NCBI RefSeq assembly: GCF_036971445.1
Contig: NC_091469.1
Location: 377,022,001-377,086,000 of the forward strand
Reading direction: 5' to 3'
DNA: 64,000 nucleotides
Source: Narcine bancroftii
Lineage: Eukaryota
Shown here: piece after piece, positions 12,455-26,113 of the stretch
Numbering within the stretch: the first letter of the stretch is position 1
Layout of the letters: every line of letters starts with the position of its first letter
Translations under genes and position numbers: made by a program
Notes under the pieces: model-generated
What the model was told of the DNA's origin: nothing
The model's input: only the letters and a program-made list of their open reading frames with translations
Databases searched by the model: none

Positions 12455-14600
12455 TGACTCAATTTATCCTTGATGCACATCTGAGCTAGTCCCACCATTT
12501 GCCCGTGCTTGCCTGTCAACCTATCTATGTACCTATTCAAATATTGTAGTTGTATCCACCCCTACCCCTTACTCTGTCAACTTGTTCTACAAACCCATCA
12601 CCATCTGTGGAAAAAGTTGCCCTCCAGGTCCCTTTTAAATCTATTCTCCCGCTAGTTTAACCCTGGAGAAAAGACAGTGCCTATTCCCCTTATCGATGTC
12701 CCTAATGATTTTATAAAACTCCAGGGTCAACTATTAGTCTATTATTCCAGGGAAAAATGTCTGTCCATCCAGCCTCTCCTTTTAACTCAACCCATCCAGT
12801 CAAGGTAACATTGCTCTCTCTGCTCTAGGAAGGATGTCATTAAAATGGAAAAGGTGCAAAACAGTTTTGTGACAGAGATGGTAAAGGATTTAGTCGCCTA
12901 CTATGAATTAGGACAGAGCTGAAGAGGAACTGCTTTTCCCAGAGAACAGTGAATCTCTGCCAAAGAAAGTAGAGGCTACCTCATTAAACATAAAGACATA
13001 GCAAGATAAATTTTTGTACAGTAGGGAATTGAGGATTATGGAGAAAGAGCAAGTAGATAGATCTGAGGCCACAGCTAGAACAGATCTTATTGAAGGAAGA
13101 AACAAACTCAACAGGCTAGACGGCCTATTCTGCTCCCATTACTTGTATTCTTGAGTCTGTTACAGAGGAAACTTTACAAAGAGTGAAAAGCAATGCTTAT
13201 CAGATTTTGCATTTCCTGCAACCACATCAAGCTACAGCAAATCGAGTATCAAGCTAATTTTTTTTTCCTTTGTGAAGAAAGTGAACCCACATTACAAGAC
13301 CAAAGAATAAATTGCACAATTATATAAAATGCACAACAAAGATGACAGTCTCATTTGAAATAAGACATGAAGGAGTGCCTGCATCCACTCTGCAAAACTA
13401 TGGTTTGTAGATTTCAAGCATATTCATTAAAAAGTTAATAGATCTCTCTCATCTTCAGAGCAAGGTTATCAAATGCCAGTTAACATAGAATCAATTAAAT
13501 ATTGGATACCCAGCAGCTCAAGTTTTCAGAAACATCTTGAAATACTGTAGATGCAGAGAAGATAGCAAAGGAAATCTCAAATCTTGGGGTCTTAGTTGCT
13601 GAAGACACTTCAAGTGGAGCACTTCAATTCAGAAATGTTCAGGTGGCCAGGTTTACAGGGTTTAAAATTGGAAGCAATAACAGATGAGAAGTGAGCATAA
13701 CCATGGAGGGATTGACAACAAATAAGTATTTCAAAGAGGCTTGCTTAATTTGGAGCAGATCCAAGTCAGCATGCCCCAAAAGTGATGAGCAAACAAGGAG
13801 AAGCTGGAATCCTTCCATCTTATCACTGTTTGCTCAAGATTCCAGCATCTGCAGCTTTTGTGTTTCTCTGCACTCCAAGATTATGGAGGAATGGGGCTCA
13901 TGAGTTATGATACAGTCAACAGCCTTCAAGTATATGGAAAATAGAAAATTGGGAGTTGGGAAACTAGCCTGACAGGTAACAAATGTTTGATTGTGTGTAT
14001 TCCATGGCTAGGCAAGGTACATGATTGACCATGTTGCAGAGACGGAAATAGCTTGTCGTGGCAAAGAAAGCAGCCAGAGTTCATCTTGCTCTGCACAGTG
14101 AATCAAAGAAATGAACAGATTGGAGCTATCACAAGCAGCTCTCAGGATCAGGAATAGAAATTGTGACCATGAAACAATGATTGTACCAGAAAACAATGTC
14201 ACCACTCTTGCAAGCAGAGAGTTGAAGGAAATTTCTGATCATCTGCTACTGAATGTCAAAATTCAGTTCTTAAGCACAGAGCACAACAACCTGAGGAGAT
14301 TGATCTCTGAGATCAATTGTCAACAAGAAATTAGTAACCTTTGGTAGGTTTAATCACAGCTACAGCCGGTTTACTCCAAAAAAAAAATGCATAATGATAG
14401 ATATTAGGTTCAGGTCTGGCACACACAGAAAAAACAGGTCCGAAACATTGGTTACACATCTTTGCCTCCTATGGATCTTCCCAGTTTCTCCAGCACTTTT
14501 GTGTATTTACTGCAATCACAGCATCTGGAAACTTTATTGCTTCACTACAAGTTCATGGGATTGGCTTGGATTTGTCTTTTTAAAAAAATTATAAAGAATA

Positions 14601-14830
14601 GGGCAGCACAGTTAGAACAATGCTGGTACTGTGCCAGTGATCTGGACCGGGGTTCAAATTCTTCGCTCTCTATAAGGAGTCTGTAGGCTCTTTGGGTGGG
14701 TTTTCCCCAGGAGCTCCAGTTTCCTCCCACCATTCAAAACAGAGGTCAAATGAGTGTAATTGGGCAGCACAAGCTCATGGGCTGAAAGGGCCTGTCACCA
14801 TGTTTAAATTATTATTTTTTTTTTTAAATG
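14601..14830 (+). mobile_element. tRNA-derived SINE
   Basis: gggcagcacagttag head, B-box-like ggttcaaattc, and a body shared with copies at about 21271, 53575 and 58481. Confidence 0.6.
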
Positions 14831-15199
14831 TAAAATTTTAATATATTTAATACAGAGAACCCCATTATTGCTCAGTTTAAGAGTGGAGAATATCCTTGTC
14901 AGTGTATCACAGGTTACAGAGCAAACTAACTGACAGCGACGTGCCTCGAGAGCTCAAAGGATGAGGCAAAGCCCAAGCTTGACAGCAGAAGCTAAGCCCT
15001 CAGATCTAGAAACATCTGAATGAAAAGAGTAATCTTAGATTGTCAGGTGACAACTTCCGAGGTATGACAGAGCCAATGTGTAACAGTGCAACTGAAGGGA
15101 CCGAATGTTACTTTAAGTCTCATGATAGTAACATAGGTGGGTTGCAAAATAAAAGTAAACAGTTTGGAGGTTTTAGGGGGATATAGACAAGCTAAGCTG

Positions 15200-15800
15200 G
15201 CAAGACATTACAGATACCTAAGAGAACAAGTCAGAAAAGTAGAGTTTTTTTTAAATGGGAGAGATTGGGTAATATTAATATTCAAAAGAACACAGTTGTA
15301 TGGAAATTGTGAATGATTAAGGTAATTGCCATGTTGGCCTTTGTTAGCACAGGATTTAGGTACAGGAGTAAACATCACTTGCCACAGTTACATAGCTGAG
15401 ACCACACTAGGAGCACGGTACACAGGTTTGGTCTCTATCTAAAAAACATTGTTTGCCATGCAGGAAGTACAGTAAAGATTCATTAGAAGGATTTTAAAAC
15501 TGGTATGCTTCCCGTAAGAGGAAATACTGAGTAGTCTCAGCATGTATTCTCAAGAATGAGGAATGAAAAGAGATCCTATTGAAACTTAAAATTCTTCCAG
15601 ATATCAACATACTTGGTTCACACTCCCAGAAGAGTTCAGTTATTTGGGACTGAAAAGAGGGGAAATTTGTCATGTAAAAGGTGATCACTCTTCAGAATTC
15701 TCTGCTTGCAAGGAGCCAGAGGCCAAGTCATTGGGTTAATTCAAAATATATTTTTGGATAGCCAGGAAACCAAGATTTCCAGGGTAGGGAAGGACGACGG
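15200..15800 (+). mobile_element. Decayed CR1 3' fragment
   Basis: Remnants of the CR1 ORF2 C-terminus (gagaccacactaggagcac..., gtacagtaaagattcattaga). Confidence 0.45.
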
Positions 15801-17427
15801 CATTGAAGCCTCAATCTTGGTGAATGACATGGCAGACACATGTACCTATCCCTGGTGTATCGTGTGGACAATAAGCAAATGCACTACATACTGCTGTACT
15901 GGGAATCAGGTGTGAAACTCTGCCGGAAATTAATTACTCATGGCTGGATGTGGGAATACTGCCTGTGACTACAGATGTTGGCTGTGCTGAGCCAAGTTTG
16001 GTGAGAGGCTCAGGATTGTATCCTAGCTAACAAAAGGAATGTAGACCATTGCCGAGGACTCTTGGTGGCAGCTCCAAATCTTGATACACTGACTGAATAT
16101 AACACCTCCCTCAATTTCCTGGAAGTAGCGGAAGCTGCCACCAGACCCCTCTCAGCTGAGCTTGATGGCTCAGAAAATTCCTGGTGCTCGGAAGAGTTGC
16201 ACAAACACTAAAGGAACAGCAGGTCTATCAAATCCAATAGGAGGCGATGTGAAAATGTATGGATCTAGACATTCCATAAAGGTTAGAGCAAAGCTCTTGA
16301 CCCCAGCATTGGTTCGCACTCACCTTGCCACACAGCCCTATGCATTGCATCTCAGTAATAAACAGCTGCACTGGTCACCCCAACCTTCACTGGGAATCTT
16401 TCCACAACAAACTGTGAAGGTTGTTGCAAAGCAGTGCATGGCTACATGTGAACATGAGTTTGTGCACAGCATTAACCCTCTCAGTCCATGGAATGCACCC
16501 CAAGCATTAAGTGAGACATCAATGTTTGAACAGGTAGCAAACTCATCTTTCTATAGACAGACCATAACAGATTCAAGATTATTCTAACTCAATTTCACAA
16601 TTCCATAATCACACCAAAACAGTGCTACAGACTCATGAATTGTGTTCAAAAATCCTAAGCCAACACCTTACTCTTTTTTTAAAAAAAATATATAAAGTAA
16701 AATAGCTGGCAAAGTCAATATTATCCACAGTTTTGGTTTAATCTGGAAGAGTGAAACTATTAAAACAAATTACACAAAGTTTGGGAACTACAAAGATGTG
16801 AAAATAATTGTCCAAATTAATTTCATATTAATCAATCCATATTAAGGCAGCAAGTGGTAACCACAAATATAACAGAATGAGTCTTCTTGAAATAAAAGTA
16901 ATTGATCTAACAGGAATAGGATTAGTATCCAAATTTAAGAATTTCACCAAGTGTTGTGTCATTAGACTTGAATTACTCCTCTTCTCCTACTTGCCACTTA
17001 AGGAAAATCTATTTTTACAGGACTGCTCACTGCAGTAATATACCCAAGCATTCGACACAAAGAGCAGTGAAATCCAGTGTGGGGAGAAACAGGAAGGAAA
17101 TGTGGAAATCAGATATTTTTTTGAAGGAATAAAATTACACTATCACTTCAGGTTTAAAAAGTACAACTTTTTAAAAAGCAATTCCTAGTCACTGGCTGGT
17201 TATAGAGGAAAGCATAGGCAGAAGGAAAACAAAGGTAAATCTGCAACCTTCCAGTGGAGCAATCCAACTCAATTCAATTATTTTCCTCAGCCTCGAGTCC
17301 AAAACAATTTTTCAAAGTACAAACCAAGATGGATCCCTAAATCATATTTGTAAAAATGAATAAAATTCACTTCCTCTCCATGGCCTGCGACATGCAAATC
17401 TTTGATTAATAATTCAGTCCATTCCTA

Positions 17428-17646
<219 letters not shown>

Positions 17647-17690
17647 TTATCCCCATTTATACATAATGTTGACCGTGAACATTCACAATA

Positions 17691-18346
17691 TAGGTAGTCC
17701 CCAACTTACAGCCCTAATGGGAACCAAAGAATCGGTCTTATCTCTGAATGGACGCACGTCGGAATTGTGCCCGCGCACGTGGAATACCATAGTCTAAGAG
17801 CAAACATTTAAATTAAATCTTTTTTCATCGTACATTTGACAATAACTTAAAAGCTTCCAGAATTTGTCGATCAGCCTTGGTGAATCTTTCCACATTCTGG
17901 TCCCTGCATACCTTATTAGTCAGCGTCCCAGGGCTGTGTGCGGCCATCTGGATTCCTCTGCTCATGCGCGAGTCTTCAATTGCCACACGCGCGAGCCTTT
18001 GGTGGTTCGCGTATTGGAGCTCAGTTGGCGCATACATGAGAGTTAAGCGCCCTGACGATATTGAAACCACATCCTTAACTCTTACACATGCACCAAACTG
18101 AACTCCAATACGCAAACCCACCACAGATACACTACCGAAGACTCACATTCACACAGGAATCAAAATGGCTGCAGCCAGGCCCTGGACACCAGAAAGCCAA
18201 ATAACAAGAATGCACATTTTGGCTCTTACATTCCTGTATCCCTGTTATGGTTTGTGAAATACAACATAAACCACATAAATTTTGTTTTTTTTTTCATTTG
18301 GTCATATATGCGGGTGGTCGTTACGTCGCAAGTTGGGGATGACCTG
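17691..18346. mobile_element. Tc1/mariner Tigger-like MITE
   Basis: TIRs (T)AGGTAGTCCCCAACTTAC and GCAAGTTGGGGATGACCTG; TA on the left flank (right flank is CA). Confidence 0.7.
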
Positions 18347-19003
18347 CATATTCCAGACATGGCAGTTTCATAAGATTTCAAATGACCAAGAACCAATTGT
18401 AGTTTACCAGTAGTTACAAGGTCCATTAAATATCCCATTTTCTTTGAAAAGTAATTCTGCCAATCACTTTTTACTGAAGAGCACTCCATTTTTCTATTCC
18501 CTCATCCCAAGTTGGTAATCTTAATATTGTCAAAAGGCACACAAAGAGAATTGTTCTTTCTTATTGTTAGAGAACTTGTTAATCATTGCACATGAATGCC
18601 CAAGTTGAAGACTAAAAGCATTGAAAGGAACCTAGCTAGACAAAAAAAAACTAACCTCTTTCCTGTCAACCCAATTCTCCTATTCATTTGAATTGGATAA
18701 CTCCAATAGATTCTAGTCAGCAGCATTATGGCAGCCACAGCCATGGCATCAAGCTCAGAGTAATACCACTAGAAACCAAGACAGTAGACAAGCCCCTTGT
18801 CCAGCTAGCAATGGGATAAAAGGTCAGACCTAACTTGTAAACTGGAACTCAAAAGGAGAAAAAAAATTTGGTGAAGCTGAAAATGTTAGAGAAACAGGTC
18901 ATCCAGTACAAAGATAGAGAAAAGCAAATTAACAGTCTAGGTTGATGTCCTGGCATCTGAACTGATCTAGCTTTATTACAAATGGCACATTGTTCTTTAG
19001 TGT

Positions 19004-20051
19004 TTCTTTCTTTGGCTTGGCTTCGCAGACGAAGATTTATGGAGGGGGTAAAAGTCCACGTCAGCTGCAGGCTCGTTTGTGGCTGACAAGTCCGATGCGG
19101 GACAGGCAGACACGGTTGCAGCGGCTGCAGGGGAAAATTGGTTGGTTGGGGTTGGGTGTTGGGTTTTTCCTCCTTTGCCTTTTGTCAGTGAGGTGGGCTC
19201 TGCGGTCTTCTTCAAAGGAGGTTGCTGCCCGCCAAACTGTGAGGCGCCAAGATGCACGGTTTGAGGCGATATCAGCCCACTGGCAGTGGTCAATGTGGCA
19301 GGCACCAAGAGATTTCTTTAGGCACTCCTTGTACCTTTTCTTTGGTGCACCTCTGTCACGGTGGCCAGTGGAGAGCTCGCCATATAACACGATCTTGGGA
19401 AGGCGATGGTCCTCCATTCTGGAGACGTGACCCACCCAGCGCAGCTGGATCTTCAGCAGCGTGGACTCGATGCTGTCGACCTCTGCCATCTCGAGTACTT
19501 CGACGTTAGGGATGAAAGCGCTCCAATGGATGTTGAGGATGGAGCGGAGACAACGCTGGTGGAAGCGTTCTAGGAGCCGTAGGTGATGCCGGTAGAGGAC
19601 CCATGATTCGGAGCCGAACAGGAGTGTGGGTATGACAACGGCTCTGTATACGCTTATCTTTGTGAGGTTTTTCAGTTGGTTGTTTTTCCAGACTCTTTTG
19701 TGTAGTCTTCCAAAGGCGCTATTTGCCTTGGCGAGTCTGTTGTCTATCTCATTGTCGATCCTTGCATCTGATGAAATGGTGCAGCCGAGATAGGTAAACT
19801 GGTTGACCGTTTTGAGTTTTGTGTGCCCGATGGAGATGTGGGGGGGCTGGTAGTCATGGTGGGGAGCTGGCTGATGGAGGACCTCAGTTTTCTTCAGGCT
19901 GACTTCCAGGCCAAACATTTTGGCAGTTTCCGCAAAGCAGGACGTCAAGCGCTGAAGAGCTGGCTCTGAATGGGCAACTAAAGCGGCATCGTCTGCAAAG
20001 AGTAGTTCACGGACAAGTTTCTCTTGTGTCTTGGTGTGAGCTTGCAGGCGC
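19004..20051 (-). mobile_element. Young 5'-truncated RTE-clade LINE (RT C-terminal half)
   Basis: Open frame containing LFADDAAL, FTYLG and a terminal CxxC..H..C motif; (AGAA)n tail; 9-bp TSD CTTTAGTGT (18995-19003 and 20052-20060). Confidence 0.92.
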
Positions 20052-21270
20052 CTTTAGTGTAATGATGAAAGAACAACTAAATGACTTTAGGGGTTTATAA
20101 AAGTAACAGAGACCGTCATAACAGTTAAGAAAAATATACAAGATCTTGCTCTTTCATCAAAATAGTTTAATTCACAATTAAAGCCTTACAAAAATGCCAG
20201 AAAGAAATTAGCAGCTGCAGGAAATTAAAGCCCATGACTTTGAGGCTGTTTAAATACATTGTGTGTTTAACAGAATGAGAAATTCTAACCTATTCAAATC
20301 ATAGGTTAACAAGTGAAATGGAAAAAGTCAACCACTTAATATCGGTAAACAAAAATTGCAAGGACTACTTTGGTCAAGCGGCATCTTTGGGAAGATAAAA
20401 TGAAATATTTCACTTCAAATACCTTTCAGATAAATGGGAAAAGTTATGCAAAAAGGAGAACACAAAAAGAGAACTTAACCAAACTTGCACATAGATAGAA
20501 GAGACAAAGCAGCACGATTGTGCAAAGTGAAATACTGTGAAATCTGAGTAAGATATGATAGTTATGTATAAAACCTTGTTCCAGCGCAACTATCACAGTA
20601 TGGGAAATAGATTCTAAAATTACAATTTAAAAAAAATTAGAGCAATCAAGGTTAAGTCTGTTCATCCCATCATTACTTCAGCTCCACTCATCTTGCTGGC
20701 ATCTCCAGGTGGCAATTTAATTTTTAAATAATTTATATTTGGTTTCCATCTCTCTTGTAGGTTGATACCCATCATCTGTGTGAAAAGTTCTCTTCAACTC
20801 CCCTCTAGTTCTTCAGACTTCAAAATTATGATCCACTGCACTACCATCCCCCATCGCTTCACACCCCTCTCTTCATATTAATACATTTATTTGCCACTCT
20901 GTAAAGCAAAATAGAATGGATAGAAAAGATCTATTAAGCCACCTTATTTTGTATTCTTCAGTTAATCTTACTTGCCTCACCAGTCTTTTAAAAAAACAAC
21001 TACAGCCTATCCAATCTTACTCGGGTAAATTTCGCCACTAATGACAATGTTTTCAGATATGACAGCTGTGACATATGGTGTAATCAGATCTTTCCTGGAA
21101 GTATGGCAACAAGATCTGGGTACAGCACCCTAGTTATAGGCTAATTGGTGGTAGAGAATTTACTTCCAACCTGCACCTCTTGGGATGTGGGAGGAAAGGG
21201 CGGCGCGCCTCTCTCTGTCTCTCTGCGCGTGTGCATGCATGCGTGTGGGGGGGGGGGGGGGCTCAAATTG

Positions 21271-21486
21271 TAGCAGTTAATGCAACTTCCTTTCAGTGTC
21301 AGCAACTGGGACTGGGCATGAAATTCCATGCTGTCTGTAAGGAGTTTGTATGTTCTACTTATGTCTGCGTGGGCTTTCCCCAGGGCTCCAGTTTCCTCCC
21401 ACAGTTCAAAACGTAGGTTAATTGGATGGCATAGACTTGCGGGCTGAAAAGGCCTTTACCATGCTGTATACCTAAATTTAAAAAAA
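21271..21486 (+). mobile_element. tRNA-derived SINE inserted in an older opposite-strand SINE
   Basis: ctgtctgtaaggagtttgtatgttct body with A-rich tail; the older SINE is split at about 21197 and 21487. Confidence 0.6.
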
Positions 21487-21809
21487 CCCACAAGATTACA
21501 GAAAGTACGTACAAACTTCACACAGATAGCAGTTTTTAAATATTGTATGCTAACCATTCAATCAACACCTCTGCACTAAAACTCAAATATATACTAATGA
21601 AAGGGATCACTTCTGGTTCTTCAGAACACCATTGCACACAGCCTTCCTGTGTTGGAAATAGTTACTGTGTGGTGGCCTGCAATTGCGGAGATCGGGCCGG
21701 CACATCGCGCGGCAGCAGACGCGGAGAGATTGCTAAAGCGACTCCCAGGACAACGAAGCAGCAGGGGAACCATCAGACCAACAGCCCTAAAGTAAGTGTC
21801 TGTCTCCCC

Positions 21810-21865
21810 GCGCGCGCCTCTCTGCGCGCGCCTCTCTGCGCGCGCCTCTCTGCGCGCGCCTCTCT
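21810..21865. repeat. 4 perfect copies of the 14-mer GCGCGCGCCTCTCT within the 5' LTR
   Basis: Read directly; followed by (TGCA)n and a poly-G run. Confidence 0.85.
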
Positions 21866-24800
21866 GTTTCTCTGCGCGTGCCTCTCTCTGTCTCGCCTCT
21901 CTCTGTCTCTCTGCGCGTGTGCATGCATGCATGCATGCATGTGGGGGGGGGGGGGGGGCGGAGGGCTCCAATTGGTCACCCAGACAGTTTAGAAGGAATC
22001 TAAACCTAGCGTTGGAGAGCAAAGCAACAGTCAACACAGTCACCTGAAGTTCCCAACCTTCTGGACAGTTCGACCCAGTGTGTGGTTCAACAAGGCGGAG
22101 GCTCAGTTCCAGATCCGTGGCATCACAGCAGAGACCACCCAGTACTACCATGTGGTCAACACCCTGGATCCGCTGACTGCAGACAGAGTGGCCAACTTTA
22201 TCCATAAGCCACCAGTGGAAGGCACTTACATTGCCTTCAAAGAGCTATTAACCGAGATGTTCATACTCTCGCAGTGAGAGCAAGGAGGACGTTTGCTCCA
22301 CCTGGATGGGCTTGGAGACAGATCCCCATTGGCACTCATCAACAAGATGCTGGCCCTCCTGGGAGATGAGCAGCCGGGCATCATGTTCAAGCAGGCGTTC
22401 CTGGAACAGATGCCCGAAGACATCCAACTGCTCCTGGCCGATGCGGATTTCACAGACCCCCAGAAAGTCACAGCGCGGGCAGACATTCTGTGGAAACAAA
22501 AACGGAAGTGCTCGGCTACCGTAGGGCTCAAAAAAATCCCACAATCAGACCAGAGCAGATCCAAGCAAGGACCAGCAGACGAGAGGCAGGACCGAGTCCA
22601 GTGACAGATGGTGCTTCTACCATTGGAGATGGGGCACCGAGGCTCGCCGATGCCAGTCCTACTGCAAGTTCCAGGGAAAGGACAAGGCCAGCCATCGCTG
22701 ATGGCCATGACAGCTAGCCACCAAGAGAGCCTCCTGGACATCTGGGACCACCTGTCTGACAGATGCTTCCTGGTGGATACCAGAGCAGAGGTCAACATGA
22801 TACCCCCAACAGGGTTGGACACTAGGCACAGGCTAGCGGGACCCAAGTTGAGGGCTGTCAACAACAGCAATATACGGACATATGGCACTCGTAGGGCCGA
22901 GCTGAAGTTCAGGGGCAGTTACTTCTCGTGAGAGTTCACTCTTGCCGCAGTGGAACAACCACTCCTCGGAGCGAATTTCCTGCGAGCCCACACTGTGGAC
23001 CTTGAGGGTAAGCGATTCATCCACACTGAGACCTACCAGACCATCATACTGACAGCGCTAGGTTTCTGGCAATGCACGTGGACTCCGTCCACAGCTTGGA
23101 GGATGAGTTCTCCAAGGTGCTAGCGGGATTCCCAGCAATCCTTTCCCCTCAGTTCACAGTGGAGATGCCTTGACAAGCCGTCAGACATCACATCCTGACC
23201 AAGAGCCCACCTCTCCACTCATGCATGAGACGACTTACCCCGGAGAAGCTCCCTCTGGCCAAGGAGGTGTTCCTTAAGCTCAAGGAGTTGGGTGTTGTTC
23301 GACAGTCAGAGAGCCCATGGGCCTGACCCTTGCAGGTGGTGCCTAAAGCAACTGGGGGCTGGAGACCATGTGGCGACTATCACTGGCTCAGCAAAGCAAC
23401 CACCCTGGACTGTTACCCCATGCCACACATTCAGGATTTTGCGGCAAACCCACATGGGGCAACAATATTCTCAAAAGTGGACCTAATGCATGGATATCAC
23501 CAGATCCATGCATCCTGATGACATCCCTAAGATGGCCATCATCACTCCATTTGCGCTGTTCGAGTTCCCGAGGATGCCATTCGAGTTCAAAAATGCAGCA
23601 CACACATTCCAGCAACTGATGGATGCAGTGGGCCGAGACATGGACGGCACTTTCATCTACCTTCACGATATCCTCGTGGCAAGTAGAACCTGACAGGAAC
23701 ACCTTCACCACCTCCAAAATCTCTGTAGTCGTCTGCAGTTCGGCCTCACCAACAACTTGGCCAAATGCCAGTTTGGCCTGAATACCATCGACTTCCTGGG
23801 CCACAGGATTACAAATGATGGGGCCACACCACTGTCCGACAAGGTAGAGGCCCTCCGCAGTTTCCCGAAGCCCAGTAGAATCAAAGGTCTGCAGGACTTT
23901 GTGGGTATGATAAACTTTTATCGCAGGTTTACCCAGCAGCTGCTCACGTGATGCACCCTCTGTTCATCCTGATGTCCGGCAAGAAGGATCTGACCTGGAA
24001 CCACGAATCCACATGTGTATTTGTGGAAACCAAACAAGCCCTGGCCAAAGCTGTACTCCTGGCCCATCCCAGACCAGATGCACCCACAGCCCTCACAGTC
24101 GATGACTCAGGAACAGTGATTGGTGAAGTCTTGGAGCAGCAGATGGAAGGAAATTGGTACCCATTAGCTTTCTTCAGCAAACATCTGCGGCCCCCTGAAC
24201 TAAAGTATAGTACTTTCGATACTTAGCTTAGTATCTGCTTAGAACTGCTTAGCCATCTGCCACTTCCGGTACTTTCTTGAGGGAAGGGCCTTCATGGACC
24301 ACAAACCACTGACTTTCGCTCTGACTAAAATCTCCGATCCCTGGTTAGCCCGCCAACAGAGATATTTGTCTTACATCTTGGAGTACACCACCGACATCAA
24401 GCACATCTCGGCCAAAGACAATGTGGTCGCGGACCCCTTGTCAAGACACTGCATCCACTCCCTGGTCAACAGTCTGGACTTCTGTGCACTGGCACAGGCA
24501 AAACAGCAGACGACGAGATCCCGCAGTACAGGACCGCTGTCACAGGCCTTCGGCTTCAGGATGTTCCAGTCAGCACAGGTACTACAACCCTCCTGTGCGA
24601 TGTGACCACCAGGCAGGTTCGACTTATTGACCCAACGGCATGGAGGCGATGACTTTTTGACTCCATCCACGGGCTGGCAAACCCATCCATCATGACTACG
24701 GTCCGGCTGGTGGCCAGCAAGTACTTGTGACGTGATTGCAGAAACAAGTCTGGGGGTGGGCCAAGGCGTGTACGCAGTGCCAAACAGCCAAAGTGCAGTG

Positions 24801-26111
24801 ACACATCAAGGTCACATGAAGTGGTCGACCGCTTCTTCCAGTGGCCGACACATCCACCAACCTGCAATTCCAGAGATCGGGCTAGCACATAGCGCGGCAG
24901 CAGACTCCCAGGACAACAAACCGGTGGGGGTAGAAGCTGGGGCAGCATCAGACCAACAGTCCTAAAATGGCAACACAGCCAATGGAATGCAGGTTTGACC
25001 ACATTCACGTGGACATAGTGGGACCCTTGCCAGTCTCTCAGAGTTTCTGCCACCTGTTCACAGTAGTCGACCGCTTCTTCCAGTGGCTGACACATCCACC
25101 AGGTCCTGTGCCAAAGCACTCCGCTTGTCCTGGATTGCAAGATTCGGACTGCCACAGCACATCACTTCCAGTTTGTGAACCGACATTGCCAACCTGTGGA
25201 GTGCTCAGCTGCACCATGCAACGGCATACCACCCGGAAGCACCTCTAGACCGCTCTCATGACCAGACTTAAGGGCCCCAACTGGGTAGATGAGCTACCAT
25301 GGGCACTATGGGCATCCGAACAGCGCCGAAAGTAGACCCCCATGCATCCTCCACTGAACTCGTCTACGGAGCCCCACTCATAGTTCCCGGAGGTTTCGTT
25401 CCAGAGGACAGAGGACAGCAAAAGGAGACAACCACCTTCCTGGATAGGCTGTGCAAAAAGGTCAGTAACCTGGCTCTGATTCCACCCTCCAGACACGGAC
25501 AAGCCAAGTCCGACATCCCCAAAGAACGCAAGGACTCTGAATACGTGTTTGTACCAGAGGACCCCACAGTTCACCACTGCAGAAGTCATACAAAAGTCCC
25601 TTTCAAGTTATCCGGAACAACAGAGCCACCTTCGAGCTGGACACTACAGAGAGAATCAAGCCTGCCCACAAAGACCCAGCAGAACCCGTGGAGACACCAA
25701 CACCTCAACGCAGAGGCAGACCACAAAAGACTTTGGAAACTATACCTACGGACACTATAGACTGTAACACCGGTTCTGGGAGGGGTCATGTGGCAGCCCT
25801 CAATTCCGGAGATCGGGCTAGCATATAGCACGGCAGCAGACGCGGATAGAGATCGCTAAAGCGACTCCCAGGGCAACAAACCGGTGGGGGTAGAAGCTGG
25901 GGCAGCATCAGACCAACAGCCCTAAAATGGCATTGGTCAAGCTGCCCAGTTAACTCAGCAGAAACAGGCTGGGGAAGAAGGGCACTCGAATGCATGGATG
26001 TTCCTGCCCACCATTGTTATTCATTAGGCAATCAGCAAAAACAGCGGAATCTTGAATAGTATAAAAGCAGCCTTTCCAGTCCTAATAAAGTGAGTGAACT
26101 TAACCTGCCAC

Positions 26112-26113
<2 letters not shown>

